10,572 nt of DNA from Polyangiales bacterium (GTDB lineage: Bacteria > Myxococcota_A > Polyangia > Polyangiales > Polyangiaceae): NCBI GenBank assembly GCA_038230375.1, contig JBBRNJ010000140.1, positions 1 to 10,572 of the forward strand, given 5' to 3'. A program made the translations under genes and the position numbers. Below, one piece after another: positions 1 through 6,840 of this stretch. The notes below the pieces were generated by a model, which was given only the letters and a program-made list of their open reading frames with translations, did no database searches and had not been told where the DNA came from. How positions within the stretch are numbered: the stretch's first letter is position 1; each line of letters starts with the position of its first letter.

Positions 1-40
1 GGATCACGAAGCGCGAACGTCTTCATCATCAGCTCCGCCC
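1..40 (+). repeat. 40-bp terminal direct repeat, left copy
   Basis: GGATCACGAAGCGCGAACGTCTTCATCATCAGCTCCGCCC is identical to 10533-10572. Confidence 0.98.
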
Positions 41-144
41 ACGGGATGTACCGGCGACCGCGCTTCGGGACCTCGTCCCCGCTCGAGTCCGCAGGCACGA
101 CCAGCGACGCCTTCGGCTGCGGCACCACACGCGAGCGCAGCTTG

Positions 145-169
145 ACGCGCTTCGTGATACCCGACGGGG
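145..169 (-). repeat. 25-bp mini-element, copy A
   Basis: Plus strand ACGCGCTTCGTGATACCCGACGGGG, flanked by TG at 143-144 and 170-171. Removing 27 bp restores ASAS-KLRSRVVP. Confidence 0.92.
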
Positions 170-209
170 TGCTCGCGCTCGCTATGACACCCGAGTAGCG
201 CACGGTGTG

Positions 210-234
210 ACACGCTTCGTGATCGCCGACGGGG
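210..234 (-). repeat. 25-bp mini-element, copy B (22/25 identical to A)
   Basis: Plus strand ACACGCTTCGTGATCGCCGACGGGG, preceded by TG at 208-209. It sits between KKDGF and HTVRYSG and shifts the frame. Confidence 0.88.
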
Positions 235-627
235 GAAAGCCGTCCTTCTTCGCCGTCAGCGCGCCCGCGAACTCCACCTCCGTCTGCGGCACATGCGCGA
301 GCGGCGACCCGCCATCCCTCCTCTTCTTCCACTGCGGGCCCGCGGGTGGCGACTCGCCCGATGCCGCCGAGCCGCACAGCTCCTCGTGACCGTGCACCTC
401 ACCCAACCCACCGTCCTCGGCCTCTCCCTCGCCGACCAGCAGACCGCGCGCGACAGGTACTTCCGCATGCGCAGGCTCGCGCGCTCCAGCACCTCCCCCA
501 CCTCGCGCGTCCGCAAGTGCCTCAGCGATGCGAAACTCACCTCACCCGTCCCCGACTCCGCGAAACCGCCGTCCACGAACACCACATGCAAGTGAGGATT
601 CAGCTTCAGATCTCCCTGCGTGCGCTG

Positions 628-652
628 ACGCGCTTCGTGATACCCGACGGGG
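628..652 (-). repeat. 25-bp mini-element, copy C (identical to A)
   Basis: Flanked by TG at 626-627 and 653-654. Positions 626-655 are identical to 143-172 over 30 bp. Removing 27 bp restores VCVV-QRTQGDLKLNPHLH. Confidence 0.92.
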
Positions 653-964
653 TGCACCACGCACACCGACCCGCTCTCCCCGCCTGTACGTTCCTTGTAG
701 AATGCATGGACCGTCTTCACGAAGAGACGAGACAGCGCCGACAACAGCCGACCGTCGTACCCGAGCCGCCTTCGCCACGCGGCAGCGGGCCGGCCGAATT
801 GGTGTGCGCACCGGTCGTGGCTCCTACGAATCGGCCATTTTTACGGCCGTTCGTGGCGCACGAAGCCACGCGTCGTGTGCAATTGTGCAGCGTTGCACGC
901 CCTGGATGTGCAATGGCCTGCACGAGCGCTGCCGAGTTTGGCTGAGCTCTGGTAGCATTGCTGC

Positions 965-2350
965 ATGCAGGGGAAGAAGCTTCTGGTCGCGGGTCTTTCG
1001 GGCGCGCTGGTCACGGTCCGCCTGCTGTCGGGGTGCGTGGGAGACTCGTCGCTCTCCTCCGTCGACACGGCGGATGGCTCGACGGAGGCTTCGAGCGCCG
1101 AAGGAGGCAGCAAGCCCAATGGTGGCGCCTGCACCGTGGGGGGCGACTGCACCAGTGGCTTTTGCGCGGACCAAGTCTGCTGCAACAGCGCGTGCAGCGG
1201 CAGCTGCGAGAAGTGCAACCTGGGTGGTGCTCAGGGCACGTGCACGGCGATCCCCGCTGGCGAGGACCCTGACACCGAGTGCAAGCCGGGAGCGCTACCA
1301 GAGGCCGGCGCCGACCCTCAGGATGGGGCCCCCACCCTGAACGTGCCAGAGGCAGGCATGACGCTGACGGAGTCGAACTGCAACGGCTCCTGCAACGGCA
1401 AGCGTGCGTGCGCGTATCCCGACTCGAAAACGTCCTGCGGGACCGGGTTCTGCAACACGCTCTCGACGCAGGGGCGCGCCTCGTGCGACGGCGTGGGACA
1501 CTGCGGCCTGGGACTCGAGAGCTGCGCCGCCTACGCCTGCCCCGACGGCACCGAGGATGGAGGCGCCGTTGCAACTGGCTGCCTCTCCGCCTGCACGTCG
1601 GACAACGATTGCCTCAGCACGCACTACTGCGACAATGGCGCGTGCAAGGGCAGGCTTGCCAACGGCACTGCGTGTACGTCCACGCCGCAGTGTCAGAGCG
1701 GGAACTGCATCCAGAGCGTCTGCTGCAACGACACATGCGCCGTTGCTGGCGGCAGCTGCATCTCGGCCGGCAAGGTCGGACAGTGTACCTGTCCGGCGTG
1801 CGCAACCGGGCCGTGCACGCAGTGGTATCCGGACAAGGATGGCGATGGCTTCGGTGATCCCACCGGAGCTCCGGTCTTCGGATGCCTCAACGGTGTAGAC
1901 GGCGGGCTTCCCGCGCCGCCACAGGCCGGGTACGTCCTCGACAAGACCGACTGCTTCGACGCCGTGGGCGCGGTGGGCGCGAGCGTCCATCCGGGGCAGA
2001 GTGGGTATTTCAGCGCCGGCTACGGCTCCGCAAGCTCATTCGACTACAACTGCGACAACACCGAGACCAAGCTGCACCCGGTGGACCTCGCTGGTACTTG
2101 CGGATTCTGCAGCAGCGCGCCGTTGTGCACCGAGGTTTCGGGCAATTGCCCGACCGCCACGTCGCCCGTGGTTCACCTCTGCGGCAAGTCGGTGAAGATC
2201 TGCAACGACTTTGGCTCCCACTCCGCGTTCCACGCCAACGTCCTGTGTGGAGGGTCGGACACACTCTACAACTGCGGGTTCTGCAGCTTTGCCGGCGCCC
2301 TCCCGACCAAGTCCACCTCCACGCCGAACGTCGTGCAAACCTGTCACTGA
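965..2350 (+). CDS. Cys-rich repeat lipoprotein with a C-terminal putative metal-binding (MopE-related-like) motif
   Basis: 461 aa. Signal peptide with lipobox LLSG-C. Two myxobacterial-type repeats (NGxAC...CxSGxC..xVCCNxxC). WYPDKDGDGFGDP...DCFD...VHPG...FDYNCD motif. Confidence 0.85.
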   Translation: MQGKKLLVAGLSGALVTVRLLSGCVGDSSLSSVDTADGSTEASSAEGGSKPNGGACTVGGDCTSGFCADQVCCNSACSGSCEKCNLGGAQGTCTAIPAGEDPDTECKPGALPEAGADPQDGAPTLNVPEAGMTLTESNCNGSCNGKRACAYPDSKTSCGTGFCNTLSTQGRASCDGVGHCGLGLESCAAYACPDGTEDGGAVATGCLSACTSDNDCLSTHYCDNGACKGRLANGTACTSTPQCQSGNCIQSVCCNDTCAVAGGSCISAGKVGQCTCPACATGPCTQWYPDKDGDGFGDPTGAPVFGCLNGVDGGLPAPPQAGYVLDKTDCFDAVGAVGASVHPGQSGYFSAGYGSASSFDYNCDNTETKLHPVDLAGTCGFCSSAPLCTEVSGNCPTATSPVVHLCGKSVKICNDFGSHSAFHANVLCGGSDTLYNCGFCSFAGALPTKSTSTPNVVQTCH

Positions 2351-2527
2351 CGAGACGGTCGCCGCCCGGCCGCACACTCGGCATCGCGGTCGGTGATGTA
2401 CCGGGGGGAGCGGGGCCCACAGGGGCAGCCGTGTACCATGCATGGATCGGGGCTCGACCGGCGGTGTTGATGATCCGTCACATCACAAAACGGCAGCAAT
2501 TCGCGGGTGCGATGCGTGGCCCTGGGT

Positions 2528-2543
2528 TGGAACGCGCCATGCA
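2528..2543 (+). promoter_or_regulatory. Candidate sigma54 (-24/-12) promoter for the CHAP gene
   Basis: TGGAACGCGCCATGCA has GG-N10-GC spacing and is close to the consensus TGGCAC-N5-TTGCW. It lies 83 bp upstream of the ATG at 2627, in a 276-bp intergenic region. Confidence 0.55.
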
Positions 2544-2626
2544 GTCTCTTCCGGGAGACGCTGGAGTCGCCGCGGGGTGAGCCCTGGATGGCGTGACTCC
2601 AGCAACTTCAAGCCGGGGAGAACTCA

Positions 2627-3538
2627 ATGCTTCGAGCATCGTGGGGAACGTTCGCGCTCGCCTGTCTGACGGTCGTTGTTGCGGCTTGCTCGTCGGCGCC
2701 GACGGAGAACCTGGGAGAGAACGGCGCGAAGGTCAGCGAGTGGCCCAAGTGTGGCGACGCGATGACGACGATCGACGGTGTGCCCGCGAAGTCGAACGGT
2801 GGTGTCGACTTCAGTACGGACTGCGACGCGGAGGTCACGCAGGACGGCGAACGCTGGCAGTGCGTGGAGCTCGCGCACCGCTACTTCCGCGTTCAGTTCG
2901 GCATCTCGCTGAAGCCGGCGAGTGGTAAGTATGGTGGCGCCGTGGAGATGTGCGACAACGTGCAGCACGGCGTGGACGTCCACATGGGCACGACCGACTA
3001 CGTGCCGGTGCACGGCGACCTCGTCATCTTCAAGGCGACCGCGACCAACGTCTACGGTCACATCGCCGTGGTCGACACAGTGGCGGACGGCAAGATGGGC
3101 GTCGTCGAGCAGAACAGCGTTCCGTCCGGACGCAGCACGCACGGCGTGAGCGACACCAGCATCCGATGCTTCTTTCACCGGTCCGCCGTGAACCCGGACA
3201 ACCCGTGCGCCACGATGTGGCGCGACACCAACAACTGGTTCTGCGGCGATCACGCCGGCACAGGCGGCGCGCCCGACGTCCGCTTCCAGTGCCAGAACGG
3301 CGTCACCGTCGCGTCGAAGATCTGCGCTTCTGGTTGCACACCCAACGAGAGCGCCGGGCCCGACCTCTGCGCCGGCGACGACACCCAAGGCAAGTCCTGC
3401 GACTGCACCACGACGACCATCGACGGCACCGCGGTGCACACGAACGTCTGTGGCCGCGCGCTCTGTGGAAGCAGCCGCTACATCCAGTACTGCAACGCGA
3501 ACGGCTTCGAAGATCGCGGCGAGCCCTGCGGCCCCTGA
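2627..3538 (+). CDS. CHAP-domain lipoprotein (putative amidase/peptidoglycan hydrolase) with Cys-rich C-terminal modules
   Basis: 303 aa. Lipobox VAA-C. Catalytic motifs WQCVELAHRY, YGHIAVV and VVEQN. GGGGAG ribosome-binding-like sequence upstream of the ATG. Confidence 0.88.
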   Translation: MLRASWGTFALACLTVVVAACSSAPTENLGENGAKVSEWPKCGDAMTTIDGVPAKSNGGVDFSTDCDAEVTQDGERWQCVELAHRYFRVQFGISLKPASGKYGGAVEMCDNVQHGVDVHMGTTDYVPVHGDLVIFKATATNVYGHIAVVDTVADGKMGVVEQNSVPSGRSTHGVSDTSIRCFFHRSAVNPDNPCATMWRDTNNWFCGDHAGTGGAPDVRFQCQNGVTVASKICASGCTPNESAGPDLCAGDDTQGKSCDCTTTTIDGTAVHTNVCGRALCGSSRYIQYCNANGFEDRGEPCGP

Positions 3539-3552
3539 ACGCGTTGAAGCCG

Positions 3553-3571
3553 GAGCCTTCACGCGAGGCTC
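3553..3571. terminator. Hairpin between convergent genes (possible terminator)
   Basis: GAGCCT-tcacgcg-AGGCTC in the 45-bp gap between the stops at 3538 and 3584. No U-tract on either side. Confidence 0.3.
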
Positions 3572-3583
3572 TCGTCGCGCGGT

Positions 3584-4588
3584 TCAGTGAAGGCACGGGG
3601 CGGAGCCAGCGCCCACGATCTTGTCTCCTGCGGCACCTAGTCTGTGAGCGGTCTTGGTCGTCAGGTTCCAGCGGAAGGTGTCGCCGTTGTCTCCCGTGAA
3701 GAAGTAGACGCCATCGTTGAACGCGAGGAGGGCCCACCCGCTCAGGCTGCGGAGGCCCGTCTGGTCGAAGCCAAGCACGTGGCCGGACGCCGGATCGATC
3801 ATCGCGAGAGAGCCCTGGGAGTCTGAGGCAAATAGGCGCCCGTAACCGTCTATCTTCATGTCGACTGGATAGCCCATTGGGGGAAGCGGCATGATCGGCC
3901 CGACCTCGCGGAGCCGGAGCGTCGTGAGATCGTCCGTCACGGCAAGGTCCCGCGTGTCTCGGTGTGTGCCGAACACCAGCAGAGACTCCTCCGCGCCACC
4001 AGACGTGGCGATGCCCACGTCGCCCGGATACGCGACTTGGTTCCCGTCGTATGGCGTGCGCGTACACGAGAGTGAGTCGAGGCTCACGCGGTAGACGCTC
4101 CAGTCGTTGTAGAGGACGTACGCATCTGTCTCTGTCACCGTCATGGTGTACGGCGTCCGGCTCGGATTCGCCGTCGGGCAGCTCAGGGTGCCGACCTTCG
4201 TCGTCGTGGCCGTGCTCGGATCGAACGTGTAGAAGCCGCCGTTCTCCGCCACGAGATACGCGGTGCCCGTCCCGGCTGCGCACGCGGGCTCGGGGGCTGG
4301 GAGCGTGGGATCGATCGTCGGGACATCGACCGATGCGTCACGGCCAGCATCGAGCGCGGTCGCATTCGCTTCGCCGCCTGCATCGCCGGTAGGTCCAGTG
4401 GCGACGTCGCGATCGGTCGCGCCTGCGCTCGTGTCTGCGTTGGTGTCCGCATGTTCCGGCAATTCGCCCGAGTCCTCCTGGCGAATTCGCCCGCACGAAT
4501 AGGAGCCGAGGGTCGCGACGAACGCGGCGACAGCCAAAAAGATGCGCGAAGCACGCGATGAAGTGCGGAATGAAGACATCGTGCTCAC
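3584..4588 (-). CDS. Predicted lipoprotein with a beta-propeller-like domain (myxobacterial family of unknown function)
   Basis: 334 aa; the start may be the ATG at 4579. Hydrophobic signal followed by Cys (GSYS-C), then a DAG-rich linker and beta-strand repeats (YLVAENGGFYTFDP...GTLSCP, GRLF, WALLAF.DGVYFFTG, IVGAGSAPC). Confidence 0.8.
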   Translation of the reverse strand: MSTMSSFRTSSRASRIFLAVAAFVATLGSYSCGRIRQEDSGELPEHADTNADTSAGATDRDVATGPTGDAGGEANATALDAGRDASVDVPTIDPTLPAPEPACAAGTGTAYLVAENGGFYTFDPSTATTTKVGTLSCPTANPSRTPYTMTVTETDAYVLYNDWSVYRVSLDSLSCTRTPYDGNQVAYPGDVGIATSGGAEESLLVFGTHRDTRDLAVTDDLTTLRLREVGPIMPLPPMGYPVDMKIDGYGRLFASDSQGSLAMIDPASGHVLGFDQTGLRSLSGWALLAFNDGVYFFTGDNGDTFRWNLTTKTAHRLGAAGDKIVGAGSAPCLH

Positions 4589-4641
4589 GCCGAAGCAAGC
4601 GACGTTCCACGAAGGGGACGAGCCGATCTCGAGTGCGCCTG

Positions 4642-4830
4642 TCAGGGCGCCTTGGTGAACGTGACAGGAACGGTCAGCGTCGAACCGGCACCGCCCGGCG
4701 CGTCGAACATGGCTTGCTTGGCCGCGCGGGTCACGCAGGCGACGAGGGCCTGCGAGATACCGGTGTTCCCGGTGACGTCGGCGTTGCTCGGTTCGCCGTT
4801 CGGCCCGATGGTGATGACGAGCGTTGTTAA
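4642..4830 (-). pseudogene. 5'-truncated fragment resembling an AgmX/PglI C-terminal (TonB-C-like) domain
   Basis: Not in the ORF track because it has no start codon. It reads TTLVITIGPNGEPSNADVTGNTGISQALVACVTRAAKQAMFDAPGGAGSTLTVPVTFTKAP*, matching the IxPxG...CV......F.xP.G....xP.xF pattern, with GC-rich third codon positions. Confidence 0.65.
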
Positions 4831-4846
4831 TCGAGGTACTCGATGC

Positions 4847-5452
4847 TCAGGTCGGAGCCGACGTCTCGAACGCGAGCTCCTCCAGCGCGTCGCGTCGGAG
4901 GTCAGCGAGCTCGCCGCGACGAACGGGCGCTACCTTGGACTCCAGATCGACGTATCGCGCATCGTCCACGCGCTTCAGCAACGCAACGACGTCCGCCAGA
5001 TCCTGATGTCGGTGCGCGAGGAGCTTCAGGTCGAGCAAGCCAGCGAGCGCAACGACGCCCGGATCTCGCTCGCTCGACGCGACAGCAAGGGGGGATGGAT
5101 AGGCTTCGGTTCGTCGCGGGATGGGTTCGCCCGCAACGAGGAGATCCACTCGCACGCCGCTTGCGGTATGGCGCAGCCGGTTCCGAGACTCCACGGTAAA
5201 CCCATGCGCTCCCGCGAGCCTCAAGAGAGCGAGACGCCCCGCGTCGGTCACGAGGACGTCGATGTCCTCCGTCATGCGGGCGTAGCCGTGATGTACCACC
5301 GCGAGGCCACCCACGATCCTGTACGGTTCCCCGGACTCATCCAGCAGCTTTCGTGCTTCCGGGAGCGCCTGGTCAACGGCGGTCGCATTTCCTGTCATCG
5401 AGTGTGCGAGCCTCCGCAGACGGGCGAGCTGGGCGACCGTCGTGGAATCCAT
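4847..5452 (-). CDS. Nucleotidyltransferase-fold protein (AbiEii/DUF6036-like superfamily)
   Basis: 201 aa. IVGGLAVVHHGYARMTEDIDVL (GG..A....R.T.DxD motif), VDLL and LK....R.QDLAD. Confidence 0.82.
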   Translation of the reverse strand: MDSTTVAQLARLRRLAHSMTGNATAVDQALPEARKLLDESGEPYRIVGGLAVVHHGYARMTEDIDVLVTDAGRLALLRLAGAHGFTVESRNRLRHTASGVRVDLLVAGEPIPRRTEAYPSPLAVASSERDPGVVALAGLLDLKLLAHRHQDLADVVALLKRVDDARYVDLESKVAPVRRGELADLRRDALEELAFETSAPT

Positions 5453-5458
5453 GCCTCC

Positions 5459-5467
5459 ATCCTAGCA
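5459..5467 (-). promoter_or_regulatory. Candidate extended -10 element (TGcTAGGAT) 6 nt before the nucleotidyltransferase ATG
   Basis: The minus strand reads TGCTAGGATggaggcATG. The spacing would give a leaderless or near-leaderless transcript. Confidence 0.35.
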
Positions 5468-5598
5468 CGCCGTCCGTTCCGGTCATCCCGTCCACCGCGC
5501 GGCTCGCTTCGAGAGCATCGCTGAGGGAGCACGCGAGCTGCCTGAAGAAGAGAGCGGCGAGCACGAGTGAGCTCACGACCGCCTCGGGGACTGAGCAG

Positions 5599-6840
5599 TC
5601 AGGAGTGAATCCACTTCACGATCGCGTCCGCGACGGCGTTGTCGATTCTGCCCTTGTCAGGTGAGTGGTGGCCCTCGAGCAGGCTCGCGTGCGCGCGGAG
5701 GTCGTGCCCGATCCGCGGCAGCTCGAGAAGCCGGGCCTTCCCGGCGCACGCGTCGACGACGCTCGCCGCGTCGGCCCTGTCGCACACCCAATCGTACTCG
5801 CCCTGGAGAACGAGCACGTCGCACCCGAGCGCGCGAAACGCGGCGCCGACCTCTGCGCGGTCGAGCTCGTGAAAGAACGCCGACGACCGACCAAAGAGCG
5901 TGGCGTCGCGGCACTGGCGCGACGCGAGCACGGCAAGGTGCGGGTGCTCCGACATCGCCTCTGACGGCGTGAGGCCATCGCGACACACGGCTGCGTGCAT
6001 CTCCGCCCAGAGCGCAATGCGCTCTCGCAGCTCTTCTCCTTCGTAGCCGCGGAGCGCGAGCTGCCGCTCAGTGGTCCCCACCGCGCACGCGCGCCAGCGC
6101 CTGGCCGACGTGCCGAACACGACGACGCCGCGCGCGAGAGCGATGCTCGGACAGAGCGGGGCGATCATGCCGCCGAGGCTCGGGCCGAAGACCACGACGC
6201 GCGCCGGGTCCACGCGCGGGTGCGAGAGCAGTCCTTCGAGCGCAGCGTTCGCGATCGCGATCTCCATCCCGAGACCGTAGTCCGAGGGCGGTGGACCTTC
6301 GCTGTCGCCGATGCCGCTTCGCTCGACGCGCATCGTGAGAACGCCGGCGCGAGTGAATCGGGAGATCAGCGCGAGGACGGGGTGCTCGGGCGTGAGCGGG
6401 TGCTCGCACGAGCTCGGGTCGATCCCTTGCAGGCACAGGATCGCCGGGAATGGCCCATCGCCATTCGGGATCGTGACGATCGTGCGCAGTCGGTGCTCTC
6501 TCGCGCGCACTTCGCCCAGGACGACGGAGCCATCCTCGATCGATTCCACGGGCATGGGCGGGGCGATGATCTCCGCGTTGTGCTCCTGCCCGTCGCGTTC
6601 GAAGCCGACGCTCACGTCGCCGTCGATCATGGCACGCAGCGCCCGGGCGATGTCGGCAGCCTCGGAGACGGTGCTGCTCCCTACGCGCCGGATCACGTCG
6701 TCCGGAAGGATGCCGGCGCGATCGGCGGGGCCGCCCGCATGGACGCGCTCCACGCGAACGCCACGAGGGCGCGGCACGCCGTCCAGGTCCAATCCGATGT
6801 ATCCGCGACGCATGCAGGTCCCTTCGGTCGCTCGCCGCAT
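5599..6840 (-). CDS. PDZ-domain + alpha/beta-hydrolase (serine peptidase/esterase-like) protein
   Basis: 413 aa from the ATG at 6840, which overlaps the upstream stop (TGATG); an alternative ATG is at 6813. PDZ motifs: GYIGL...GVRVERVHAGGPADRAGILPDDVI. Hydrolase motifs: RSGIGDSEG, nucleophile GPSLGG, GEYDW (Asp) and IGHDL (His). No signal peptide. Confidence 0.88.
   Translation of the reverse strand: MRRATEGTCMRRGYIGLDLDGVPRPRGVRVERVHAGGPADRAGILPDDVIRRVGSSTVSEAADIARALRAMIDGDVSVGFERDGQEHNAEIIAPPMPVESIEDGSVVLGEVRAREHRLRTIVTIPNGDGPFPAILCLQGIDPSSCEHPLTPEHPVLALISRFTRAGVLTMRVERSGIGDSEGPPPSDYGLGMEIAIANAALEGLLSHPRVDPARVVVFGPSLGGMIAPLCPSIALARGVVVFGTSARRWRACAVGTTERQLALRGYEGEELRERIALWAEMHAAVCRDGLTPSEAMSEHPHLAVLASRQCRDATLFGRSSAFFHELDRAEVGAAFRALGCDVLVLQGEYDWVCDRADAASVVDACAGKARLLELPRIGHDLRAHASLLEGHHSPDKGRIDNAVADAIVKWIHS

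Larger units (their letters stand above)
1..780 (-). pseudogene. IS91/ISCR-family (HUH) transposase remnant, central part; frameshifted, internally deleted and interrupted by short inserts
   Basis: Minus-strand reading gives AWRRRLGYDGRLLSALSRLFV...VCVV[HPVGYHEAR]QRTQGDLKLNPHLHVVFVDGG, with the HUH motif NPHLH at 586-600. The frame shifts near the CG run at ~445-452 into GLLV...SGESPPAGPQW...KKDGF. It then continues HTVRYSGVIASAS[TPSGITKRV]KLRSRVVP...RYIPWAELMMKTF up to position 1. No N-terminal zinc-binding domain is visible upstream of ~780. Confidence 0.85.

Noticed and set aside
143..655. The 25-bp repeats as a CRISPR array
   Set aside because: Spacing is irregular (40 bp, then ~390 bp), one copy is inverted, the intervening DNA is continuous transposase coding sequence, and there are no cas genes.
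256..744. ORF 256-744 as an intact, active transposase or plasmid Rep protein
   Set aside because: It has the HUH motif but goes out of frame near 450, lacks the N-terminal domain, and the catalytic-tyrosine segment appears to be deleted.
950..965. GG-N10-GC sigma54-like pattern TGGTAGCATTGCTGCA
   Set aside because: It abuts the ATG at 965, so transcription would start inside the signal-peptide coding region, and the match to TGGCAC is poor.
2351..2626. Small ORFs or a structured ncRNA in the 276-bp intergenic region
   Set aside because: No recognisable RNA family motif or convincing coding signal; it is better explained as the CHAP gene's upstream regulatory region.
3534..3589. attC-like inverted repeat CCTGAAC...GTTCAGT spanning the two convergent stop codons
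   Set aside because: The R boxes deviate from RYYYAAC/GTTRRRY, there are no properly spaced L boxes, no similar site follows other genes, and no integron integrase is present.
4652..5524. Long plus-strand ORF (290 aa) and similar long ORFs such as 2624-3562, 5995-6939, 6846-7925, 8507-9328 and 9030-10055
   Set aside because: They are antisense or off-frame shadows of motif-bearing genes, which is expected in high-GC DNA, and show no recognisable domains.
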